Positions 17,051 through 25,524 of a DNA stretch of 51,561 bases are shown in pieces; position 1 is the stretch's first letter; every line of letters begins with the position of its first letter. The stretch is from the NCBI GenBank assembly GCA_947645535.1, contig CANSDD010000001.1, positions 1 to 51,561 of the forward strand. Reading direction: 5' to 3'. Both the position numbers and the translations under genes were made by a program. The notes below the pieces were generated by a model. That model was not told the origin of the DNA. It saw only the letters and a program-made list of their open reading frames with translations, and searched no databases. This DNA is from an uncultured Mycoplasmatota bacterium (GTDB taxonomy: Bacteria > Bacillota_I > Bacilli_A > RF39 > UBA660).

Positions 17051-18475
17051 ATGGGGCTGAAAGACATGTTCCAAAATGTAGTCAAAGGAGCAAATGACTA
17101 TTTAACAAATGGAAACTTAAAAGAAAAAATGATGGAAATAAAAGATAAAACAGTTGCAAAAGTAAAGGGAATAGATAATCCAGAACTTTATTCTGCACCA
17201 GAAGGATTTACTGTTTTTACAGTACCAGTAGCAGTTAGTATGTTGGATGCAAATGAGGCAGCAAAAGAAAAATTAAAGTCTATTTATTCGAATGTTGGAG
17301 AGAAAGTAGCTGATTCATATATTAGACTTTTAATACTTCTATCAGAAGGAGAAAAAGTTATTTATGAAATGTCAGCAACAATGAAAAAATCATATATTGT
17401 TGCTTGGACAAATAAAGATAGAATTATTATTGTACATAAAGAAAATTATAAAATATTTACAAGAGAAGAAATTCATACATTTAGGATAAAAGAAACAGGA
17501 GTATCAGGATTAACATTTATATTGAACGAATATGAATTAGTTGGAACAGATAAATCAAAAACATATCATTTTATTAGAAATTATTGTCATGAAACAACTC
17601 CCAATTATATGTATATTCCATATGTTCCAGTTACAAAGAATTTGAATTATTACGAAAACTTTAAATATAATAAATTAGCCCATGAGAATGATGCAGTAGA
17701 TGAAAACAAACAACTAAGTGTTGCTTTTGCAGTTAATGAATATCCTATTGTAAGTATATTTGCTAATAATTTTGGACATACTTATGTACTTGCTTTAACA
17801 ACAAATCATAAGCTTTATATTATAAACGAAAAAGAATATACCATTTTGGATATGTCGGAAGTTAAGCAAATAGGTCTTATGAATAAGGGGGTCTTTAGTG
17901 CCGAATTCTATATGGATAATTATTATTTTACTGGTAGTGGACAAGAAGATAATGTACTTCGTTTTATAGAATACATGCATAATAGCAATGCTTATGAAGA
18001 AGCTAAAAATAATTTATTGGAAGATAACAGAGTTCTTATGACTTTTCCTTTTGAAAATGCAACAGCCTATCAAACATTAGGCGGAGAAGGACTGGTTGTA
18101 AGTGCAGATAAAGAAAAATTTTTAATCTGCTTAAAAGGAAAAAAAATGGAGATGTATGAAAAAGAAGACTTTGGACATTATGAACTTATTTTAGAAGAAG
18201 GAATCAATAAAGAAAACGTTTGGAATACAAACAATAATGGTGAAATTCCTAAAGTGAAAATTACAAAAGAAATGGCCATTCCTAGATATGAAAATGCAAG
18301 TGCTTTAATATTTCTTAAAAATAAACAAGTTGAAGCTTTAAAAATTCCATTTATTTTAATGAAAACAATTATATATGCTGAAGAAGAAATTACACTAAAA
18401 CCTAGTGAAGATAGTACAAAAAAAATGATTGAAGTATTAGATTTTTTAGTTACCAATAACATAGAAAGTAAATAG
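17051..18475 (+). CDS. Hypothetical 474-aa protein with repeated bacterial-PH-like modules
   Basis: AGGAGG RBS. Repeated pattern: a hydrophobic beta-strand run, T(N/T)..(L/I)II(V/I), then ..I..(I/M). Examples are YIVAWTNKDRIIIVHKENYKIFTREEIHTFRIKE and YVLALTTNHKLYIINEKEYTILDMSEVKQIGL. Confidence 0.6.
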   Translation: MGLKDMFQNVVKGANDYLTNGNLKEKMMEIKDKTVAKVKGIDNPELYSAPEGFTVFTVPVAVSMLDANEAAKEKLKSIYSNVGEKVADSYIRLLILLSEGEKVIYEMSATMKKSYIVAWTNKDRIIIVHKENYKIFTREEIHTFRIKETGVSGLTFILNEYELVGTDKSKTYHFIRNYCHETTPNYMYIPYVPVTKNLNYYENFKYNKLAHENDAVDENKQLSVAFAVNEYPIVSIFANNFGHTYVLALTTNHKLYIINEKEYTILDMSEVKQIGLMNKGVFSAEFYMDNYYFTGSGQEDNVLRFIEYMHNSNAYEEAKNNLLEDNRVLMTFPFENATAYQTLGGEGLVVSADKEKFLICLKGKKMEMYEKEDFGHYELILEEGINKENVWNTNNNGEIPKVKITKEMAIPRYENASALIFLKNKQVEALKIPFILMKTIIYAEEEITLKPSEDSTKKMIEVLDFLVTNNIESK

Positions 18476-18477
18476 AT

Positions 18478-18756
18478 ATGAAAATAAAAGGAATAAATGT
18501 AGATATAGATGATTTAATAGATGAATTAAATATTGACTGTGACTTTTATTTAAAAAGAAAAAATGGTCTTGTATTAAAAGATTCACAAATTAAAATATTA
18601 GAAAGATATCAAATATTTTATCAGAATTATAATAGTTTATCTTCATTACTTTTTTCTATTGAAGAATGTTTAAATGAAGTACCTGATGCCGAAGATTTAG
18701 AAAAAGTAAGTAGTGAGTTATCTGAAATTCATTATTATGGTGAAACAAATAAGTGA
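18478..18756 (+). CDS. Hypothetical 92-aa acidic protein
   Basis: It starts 2 nt after the upstream stop (coupled). No motif recognised. Confidence 0.5.
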   Translation: MKIKGINVDIDDLIDELNIDCDFYLKRKNGLVLKDSQIKILERYQIFYQNYNSLSSLLFSIEECLNEVPDAEDLEKVSSELSEIHYYGETNK

Positions 18757-18887
18757 GAATAGAAGAGTAATATTTTCTTTTTATTGTCTTTTTTAAATAA
18801 TAGATAAATATATTAGAAAGATAGATAAAAAATAATAAAATATAGTAAATTTTTGATATAATTAATTCAAAAGATGGGGTGAAGGGA

Positions 18888-20627
18888 ATGCAGAATTATA
18901 ATTTTCATACACATACTTTTAGATGTGGTCATGCAGATTTAGTCAATGATGAAGAATATATAAAAGAATATATATCAATGGGATTTAAAAGAATCGCTTT
19001 TACTGATCATTGTCCAGAGAAAACGATAATAGATACCAGAGATAATGTTAGAATGTTATATAATGAGAAAAAAGAATATTTAACAGTTATTCAAAAATTA
19101 AAAGAAAAATATGCTAATCAAATTATTATTGAAAGCGGATTTGAAGTAGAGTATTTGCCTGGAGAAGAAGAAAATCTTAAAGAATTAAAGAAAGAAACAG
19201 ATAAGATAATTTTAGGACAACATTTTATATATGATAAAAATGGTAATCTAAAGTATTTTAGAAATCACAGTAATTTTGATAGAAAAGAATTGTTAACTTA
19301 TGTATCTTATATTGAAGAAGCTATTAAATTAGGGATTCCAGATATCATTGCCCATCCTGATGTTTATATGTTAGGAAAAGATATATTTGGTGATGCTGAA
19401 GCTGAGGTAGCACATAAGATTTGTCAAATTGCAGAAAAATATAATATTCCACTTGAAATTAACTTAGCACAAATATTTAATCATACTTATTATAAAGATA
19501 AAGTGTTAAATAATGATTCTATTGAAAAGCAAAAAGAAAGATTAAATAATGTCAGTTATCCATGTAAAAAATTTTGGGAAATAGCTTCTAATTATAATAT
19601 CAAGGTATTGTATGGGATAGATGTGCATCATAAAGGACAAATAAGTTTATTTCATAATCTAGCGACTTTGGCTAATGAAATTATTGGAGAAAGTACAATA
19701 AATAAGTTAAGATTTATTACCAATGAAGATATATTGATAGATAGTATCCCTTTCTTTTGGGAATGTACTTCTATTACTCAAGATTTAAGAGGACATTCTA
19801 CTGCATTTAGATATATTTGTGAGAAACAAAATAAAACCTATTTTGTTAAAATATATAAGAATAATAGAATAAAAGATTTAGACTATATTGAAGATGTTTA
19901 TCATAAATTAGGAGTTCCGACTGCGAAGATAATTGAAAAAAGATATTTAGAAGTATACAATAAAACTTATGCAATTTATGAATACATAGATGGAAAAACA
20001 CTAAAAGAATTAACTCAGGAATTAAGTCTAGAAGAACTTGAAATAATAGGTAAAGAGGTAGGAAACTATTTATCAAAGTTTAAGAATATATGTGGTGATA
20101 AACAAGAACTGATGAAAATATGCGATAAAGAGTTTGAAATATTGACAAAAAGTCTTTATACTATAAAAAATATTGAATGTATTGATATTGATAGAGCAGT
20201 TAAAAATTTTAATGATTTAAAAAAATATGTGTATGAGACAAATCCATCTTTCATTCATAAAGATATTAATTTAAATAATGTTATTGTGAATAATAAGAAG
20301 CCGTATTTTATTGATACTGATGGTGGTAAGGTAAGTTTTAGGACATTAGATTTTAGAGGCATTTGTTGGTGGACTTGGGATGGAGATAACAAATTAAATG
20401 AACAAGCAATGTATAGAGGAATATTTAAAGGTTTGTTTAATGATAATATACCAGATATGTTTCATAAAGAAATAGCTTTTACAATTTATTATGAATTTTT
20501 TCTCAAAATAACAGAGGCAACAAATAATAACGATGAGCAAAGAATGAAGTTTATTTTTGATAAATTTGGTAAAATATTTGATAGAACTAATTATTTTGAA
20601 GATTATAAATTTGATTGGTTTCATTAG
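18888..20627 (+). CDS. Fusion of a PHP-family (HisJ-like) phosphoesterase and an APH/choline-kinase-like phosphotransferase
   Basis: GGGGTGA lies 5 nt before ATG 18888. The N-terminus has NFHTHTFRCGHA, FTDH and IAHPD PHP motifs. The C-terminus has FIHKDINLNNVIV (HxDxxxxN) and FIDTDGG kinase motifs. Confidence 0.75.
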   Translation: MQNYNFHTHTFRCGHADLVNDEEYIKEYISMGFKRIAFTDHCPEKTIIDTRDNVRMLYNEKKEYLTVIQKLKEKYANQIIIESGFEVEYLPGEEENLKELKKETDKIILGQHFIYDKNGNLKYFRNHSNFDRKELLTYVSYIEEAIKLGIPDIIAHPDVYMLGKDIFGDAEAEVAHKICQIAEKYNIPLEINLAQIFNHTYYKDKVLNNDSIEKQKERLNNVSYPCKKFWEIASNYNIKVLYGIDVHHKGQISLFHNLATLANEIIGESTINKLRFITNEDILIDSIPFFWECTSITQDLRGHSTAFRYICEKQNKTYFVKIYKNNRIKDLDYIEDVYHKLGVPTAKIIEKRYLEVYNKTYAIYEYIDGKTLKELTQELSLEELEIIGKEVGNYLSKFKNICGDKQELMKICDKEFEILTKSLYTIKNIECIDIDRAVKNFNDLKKYVYETNPSFIHKDINLNNVIVNNKKPYFIDTDGGKVSFRTLDFRGICWWTWDGDNKLNEQAMYRGIFKGLFNDNIPDMFHKEIAFTIYYEFFLKITEATNNNDEQRMKFIFDKFGKIFDRTNYFEDYKFDWFH

Positions 20628-20862
20628 CGAATGTGTAAATAAAAATATATTAGGTATAAGAAATATTTAAATTTAAAATGAAAAGAATATAGAAAAATTA
20701 AGAAATATATAAGGTAATCAAATATGTCTATTATCAATACGTAATAACTGATGAAGGTATTAGTCTTATAAGAAATAGTGAAATAAATATAAAACTGTAA
20801 AAGATTTTAATCATTAAAATGATGGAAAAATTACATAAATTAGGTATGGATGGGATGATAAA

Positions 20863-21402
20863 ATGAGTCAAAAGAAAGATATTGAATATTTAGATGTATT
20901 AGATGAATTTGGTAATATTACAGGAATAGTCAAGTCAAGAGAAGAAGCTAAAAGAGATAAAGATTATTATAGAATTGTATTTTTATGGATGTATAACCCT
21001 AAGTTAAAAAAAATACTTATTCAAAGAAGATCAATGAATAAAGAAACAGCCCCTAATAGATGGGATTTAACAGTTGGAGGGCATGTACAAGCTAGGGAAA
21101 GTAGTATAGATGCTATTATCAGAGAAACTAAAGAAGAAATAGGGATAGATATAAGTGATGATTGTATTACTAAAGTATTAGAAGTAAAACCAAATGAAAA
21201 GAAACCCAAATTCACAGATATTTATTTTGTAATCAAAGAAGTAGATATTGATGATATTAAATTACAACTAGAAGAAGTATCAGAAGTTAAATACGTTTCT
21301 TTGGATGAGCTTGTTGAAATATATAGAAATGATAATCCAGATTTTATAAATCATTCTTTTTTTCCTGAATTGATAGATATAGTTAGTAAATTAATAAAAT
21401 AA
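20863..21402 (+). CDS. Nudix hydrolase
   Basis: Nudix box GGHVQARESSIDAIIRETKEEIGI. Confidence 0.85.
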   Translation: MSQKKDIEYLDVLDEFGNITGIVKSREEAKRDKDYYRIVFLWMYNPKLKKILIQRRSMNKETAPNRWDLTVGGHVQARESSIDAIIRETKEEIGIDISDDCITKVLEVKPNEKKPKFTDIYFVIKEVDIDDIKLQLEEVSEVKYVSLDELVEIYRNDNPDFINHSFFPELIDIVSKLIK

Positions 21403-21479
21403 AAAAAGATATTATAAGAACAATACAGGAAACATAAATAGCATATTTATTATATTCCAAAGAAAAAATATAAAATTTA

Positions 21480-21511
21480 AAAGATTTTTCAGTAAGAAGA
21501 ATCTTTTTTTT
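21480..21511 (+). terminator. Intrinsic terminator
   Basis: aaagatt pairs with aatcttt, followed by T8. Confidence 0.6.
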
Positions 21512-21586
21512 GAAAAAAAATCACTTAATTTTTCCTTTAAAAATAACACTTTTACAAAATGTTATTAAAAAAATGTTAAAAAGTTG

Positions 21587-21615
21587 TTGACAAATTCATC
21601 TCTTTTTAATATACT
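21587..21615 (+). promoter_or_regulatory. Sigma-A type promoter TTGACA-17-TATACT of the first NAD operon
   Basis: TTGACA at 21587-21592, a 17-nt spacer, then TATACT at 21610-21615. Confidence 0.6.
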
Positions 21616-21622
21616 GTTATTA

Positions 21623-21640
21623 ACAGAAAGGCCAATCTGT
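21623..21640 (+). promoter_or_regulatory. Palindrome ACAGA-N8-TCTGT just downstream of the -10; candidate operator or leader hairpin
   Basis: acagaaaggccaatctgt sits 8 nt after the -10 element. No regulator could be assigned. Confidence 0.3.
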
Positions 21641-21691
21641 ATAATTTTTAAATCCAGATATTAACAAAAAATTAAAAAGAGGTGATGGAAG

Positions 21692-22243
21692 ATGAGTAAA
21701 GAAGAATGGATAATATATCGAAATTGGATAGAGTTTACAAAAAATCAAAAAGAAATTTCTTTAGGAAATATAAAATCATTACAAGAATTTATAAAAATAT
21801 TAGAAGGATTACAATTAGATCTTTCTATTGATAGTTGTGCCAATGTAGAAAAGACAATATTTTATATTATAGAACCACATTATGTGAAAAAATATAATGG
21901 TTATATTAAAGAAAATGAAGGAAAATTATGGATAGATGATTATGAACTTGTAGAACAGATTCCTTATACTTTCAGAAAAGAAGTTTCTAATGGAAGAGAT
22001 GAAGATGGAGATTATGATAATCCATATGATGCCATTCTTACATCTCTCTTAGAAGATAATGCTTATCTTATAAATGGGCTAGATAAAAATAATATCTATC
22101 GTTATTTAGAAAAAGATATAGATGGTAAATATATGCCTATTTTAGAAGTGAATCATTATTTAAAAATAAGAAGACAAAAGCAAATAACAAATAAGGTAGC
22201 AAAAGTCTACCAATTATTAAACACAAGTGTTATTAACATTTGA
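21692..22243 (+). CDS. Hypothetical 183-aa protein, first gene of the NAD operon
   Basis: GAGGTGA RBS. No motif recognised. An acidic patch (RDEDGDYDNPYD) is present. Confidence 0.6.
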   Translation: MSKEEWIIYRNWIEFTKNQKEISLGNIKSLQEFIKILEGLQLDLSIDSCANVEKTIFYIIEPHYVKKYNGYIKENEGKLWIDDYELVEQIPYTFRKEVSNGRDEDGDYDNPYDAILTSLLEDNAYLINGLDKNNIYRYLEKDIDGKYMPILEVNHYLKIRRQKQITNKVAKVYQLLNTSVINI

Positions 22244-22265
22244 ATAAAAAGAAAGAGGAGATAAA

Positions 22266-22934
22266 ATGAAAAAGAAATTAGTTGTAGTTGTTGATATGGT
22301 AAATGGATTTGTAAATATAGGTGCATTACATGATAAGTATATCAATCATATTGTACCTGGAATAAGAAAGATGATTGAAGAGAATTTAGAGCTTAAAAAT
22401 GATGTGATAGATTTTAGAGATTGTCATAGTCTTACAGATGAAGAATTTAAAGCATATCCAGTTCATTGCTTAGATGGAACAATTGAGAGTGAATTAGTAC
22501 CAGAATTAAAACCATTGGCACACTACATGATAGATATTCCTAAAAATACAACAAATGGTTTTAATACAGAAAAGTTTAGGAAATTTTACGAAGAACATTA
22601 TGATGAGTATGATGAAGTAATTGTAGTAGGATGTTGTACTGATATTTGTGTAACAGACTTTACAACGTCTTTAATAGATTTCCAGAAAGAGAATGGGATC
22701 AATACTCGGGTTACTGTTCCTATGAATTTAGTAGAAACATTTGATGGTCCAGGACATAATCGAAAGACAATGAATGAAATTGGATTTGAAAAAATGCGAA
22801 AAGCAGGAGCAAATATCGTAAGAGAATATGGAGAAGAATTTGGGTTTTGGAATTTACAAGAATCCGAAAATAATCCAGAAAATAAATGTGAAAAAGTCAA
22901 ACAAAAACAATATGTATTAAGGAAAGAAGGATAA
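22266..22934 (+). CDS. pncA: Nicotinamidase (isochorismatase-like hydrolase)
   Basis: Catalytic Asp (VVDMVNGF), Lys (PKNTTNGF) and Cys (GCCTDICV), a metal site (DCHS..YPVHC), and a following DGTIESEL motif. Confidence 0.85.
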   Translation: MKKKLVVVVDMVNGFVNIGALHDKYINHIVPGIRKMIEENLELKNDVIDFRDCHSLTDEEFKAYPVHCLDGTIESELVPELKPLAHYMIDIPKNTTNGFNTEKFRKFYEEHYDEYDEVIVVGCCTDICVTDFTTSLIDFQKENGINTRVTVPMNLVETFDGPGHNRKTMNEIGFEKMRKAGANIVREYGEEFGFWNLQESENNPENKCEKVKQKQYVLRKEG

Positions 22935-22936
22935 AT

Positions 22937-23338
22937 ATGAGATTATTATTTAGTAAATCAGAAACAATAGAATTATTAGAATTATATTATCGTGAAATAG
23001 AAAACGCTGATGTAACAGTAAACATATCTGCTAAGTCTGCTCATTTAGGATATGGCATGGCAGAATATGATGGATGTTTAGTTACTATTAAAGTAAAAGG
23101 AACAATGTCATTACTTGGGAAAGAACGTTCATTTGAAAAAGAATTATCAAATAAAGAAGTTACTTCTATGATAACAATAGTATTAGAAAGAGCTGGAATG
23201 GAAGTTTCTTCAGTAGAGATGAATTCAGGAAACAAATCCATAACAGAGGGATATGGAATGGGTGAAAGAACAGTTTCTAGGGCCTATTTCAATGGAATTA
23301 TTATTGAAGCAGAAAAAAAATTAGAGAAAGTTAGATAA
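22937..23338 (+). CDS. Hypothetical 133-aa protein embedded between pncA and pncB
   Basis: It starts 2 nt after the pncA stop and has a GAAGGA RBS. The GYGMxE motif is duplicated internally. Confidence 0.6.
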   Translation: MRLLFSKSETIELLELYYREIENADVTVNISAKSAHLGYGMAEYDGCLVTIKVKGTMSLLGKERSFEKELSNKEVTSMITIVLERAGMEVSSVEMNSGNKSITEGYGMGERTVSRAYFNGIIIEAEKKLEKVR

Positions 23339-23358
23339 ATTAAGAAAGAGGGATAAAT

Positions 23359-24819
23359 ATGAAAATTAATGAAATTATGTCAACCGATCGTTATGAATTT
23401 ACAATGGCAAGTGGATACTTTGAAGAAGAAATGAAAGATAAAATAGCTTATTTTGATATTTTTCTTAGAAGAAATCCGCTACAGAATGGTTATACCATTA
23501 TGGCAGGATTAGATCAAATAATAGATACAGTCAAAAACATTCACTTTGAAGAAGAAGATGTAGAATATTTTAGGAATCAAGGAATTTATAGTGAAAAATT
23601 CTTAAGTTATTTAAGAAATTTTAAATTTGAAGGAGATATTTATGCAATAGAGAATGGAACTCCAATATTTCCAAATGAACCAGTAATTACAGTAAGAGCA
23701 AATTTAATAGAATCACAAATTTTAGAAACGATATTATTAAGTCACTTTAATAGTAGTTCATTAGTAGCAACAGCTACAAAAAGAATTGTATTAGAAGCAG
23801 GAAAACCAGTTATGGCATTTGGTACAAGAAGATGCCATAGTAAAGCAGCAATCGATGCTGATAAAAATGCTTACATGGCAGGATGTTGTGGAAGTTCTAA
23901 TGAAGCTACTGGAAAATATTATGGTGTGCCAACACTTGGTACAATGGCACATTCTTGGGTTACTGCTTTTGATACAGAATATGAAGCATTCTTGAAATAT
24001 GCGAAACGTCATCCAAATAATACTGTATTTTTAGTAGATACTTATGATGTACTTAGAAGTGGTATTCCGAATGCAATTAAAGTAGCAAACGACTACTTAA
24101 AACCAAATGGACTTCCATTTAAAGGAATTCGTATTGATAGTGGAGATTTAGCCTACCTTTCAAAAGAAGCAAGACGTATGTTAGATGAAGCAGGATATCC
24201 TGATGCTACTATTTGTTTATCAAATGGGCTTACAGCAGAAGCAATTAGAGATTTAAATATGCAAGGAGCGAAAGTGGATTCTTATGGAGTAGGTGATAAT
24301 ATCTCTTATCCTTTAGATCGAGTAGGTGGCGTATATAAATTAGTAGCCATAGAAGAAAATGGAAAAATTATTCCAAAAATAAAAGTAAGTCAAGATGAGA
24401 TTAAAACCATTAATCCTGGAGTTAAAAAAGTATATCGTTTTTATGACAAAAAAACAGGGTATGCACTTGGAGATGTTGTTGCTCTATCACATGAATTAAT
24501 TCCGAAGGATACATTTACTTTAGTAGATCCTACAGATACTTGGAAGAGAACAACCATTAAAGATTATGAAATAAGAGAATTACAAGTACCTATCTTCAAA
24601 GGTGGAGAATTAGTATATGATGTCCCTACATTAAAGGAAAGTAGAGATTATTGTACACGAGAGATGGATACATTATATGAAGAAGTAAAAAGAATTGAAA
24701 AACCACATAAATATTATGTTGATTTAACACTAGAATTATTAAAACTAAAAAAAGAATTGATTGTTAGTACGACAGAAAAAACAGTTCCAAAAGAAAAGAA
24801 GATAGGTGGCTTATGGTAA
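23359..24819 (+). CDS. pncB: Nicotinate phosphoribosyltransferase
   Basis: The N-terminal TDRYEFTMASGYF, FGTRR and GTMAHSWV segments are typical of NAPRTases. About 486 aa. Confidence 0.9.
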   Translation: MKINEIMSTDRYEFTMASGYFEEEMKDKIAYFDIFLRRNPLQNGYTIMAGLDQIIDTVKNIHFEEEDVEYFRNQGIYSEKFLSYLRNFKFEGDIYAIENGTPIFPNEPVITVRANLIESQILETILLSHFNSSSLVATATKRIVLEAGKPVMAFGTRRCHSKAAIDADKNAYMAGCCGSSNEATGKYYGVPTLGTMAHSWVTAFDTEYEAFLKYAKRHPNNTVFLVDTYDVLRSGIPNAIKVANDYLKPNGLPFKGIRIDSGDLAYLSKEARRMLDEAGYPDATICLSNGLTAEAIRDLNMQGAKVDSYGVGDNISYPLDRVGGVYKLVAIEENGKIIPKIKVSQDEIKTINPGVKKVYRFYDKKTGYALGDVVALSHELIPKDTFTLVDPTDTWKRTTIKDYEIRELQVPIFKGGELVYDVPTLKESRDYCTREMDTLYEEVKRIEKPHKYYVDLTLELLKLKKELIVSTTEKTVPKEKKIGGLW

Positions 24820-25430
24820 GAAGAGAAAAATTAGAAGAATTAAAAAGTTATATTGAAGAGTTAAAAATCATTAAAATGGAAACATTAGATACTTCAAAGC
24901 AAAAAGAAATATTAGATAGTCCATCATTCTTGAGTTTTACCAAACATCGTTATTATTTAAATAACGGAAAGGTAATGACAAGAGAATTACTTCATAAACA
25001 AGGAGGAAACGGAAATGCAGCTCTTGTACTTCCAATTACTGAAGATGGAAATTGTATTCTTACAGTAGAACCAAGACTTGGAGCTACTAGAACTGTTGCT
25101 GTAGGTTTGCCTGCTGGCTATGTAGAGAGAAGGGAAGAAGCGCTAAAAGCAGCGATTCGGGAATTACAAGAAGAAACTGGATATGTTTGTAGAAACTATT
25201 ACTTGCTTGCTAAATATTATCAAGATCCAGGTATTAGTCAGGCCTATAATTATGCTTACTTAGGAACAGAGGCAAAAAAGGTAGGAAAGCAAAAACTAGA
25301 TTCTGAAGAATTTATTCGTTATTTTGAATGTACTTACAAAGAAGCATTAGAATTAGTAGATTTAGGCTATATAGAAGATGTACAAGCACAGCTTGCTTTA
25401 GAAAAAGCAAAACAATATATATTAAAATAA
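24813..25430 (+). CDS. ADP-ribose pyrophosphatase-type Nudix hydrolase
   Basis: AGGTGG RBS and a 7-nt overlap with pncB. Nudix box PAGYVERREEALKAAIRELQEETGY. The overall layout resembles B. subtilis NudF. Confidence 0.8.
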   Translation: MVRREKLEELKSYIEELKIIKMETLDTSKQKEILDSPSFLSFTKHRYYLNNGKVMTRELLHKQGGNGNAALVLPITEDGNCILTVEPRLGATRTVAVGLPAGYVERREEALKAAIRELQEETGYVCRNYYLLAKYYQDPGISQAYNYAYLGTEAKKVGKQKLDSEEFIRYFECTYKEALELVDLGYIEDVQAQLALEKAKQYILK

Positions 25431-25487
25431 AGGAGATAAAATTATGCTAAAAAATGTTGTCTTATGAATATGCTGAGAAAACAATAG

Positions 25488-25514
25488 AAGAATAAGCTAT
25501 TTATGCTTATTCTT
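25488..25514 (+). terminator. Hairpin between the two NAD operons
   Basis: aagaataagc pairs with gcttattctt (10 bp). The T-tract is weak. Confidence 0.45.
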
Positions 25515-25524
25515 AATAACTATA

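Noticed and set aside
21616-21691. A NAD+ riboswitch in the leader of the first NAD operon.
   Set aside because: The leader is only about 70 nt, and apart from one 5-bp palindrome I see no extended conserved-looking structure. I cannot match it to the nadA or pnuC motif classes from memory.
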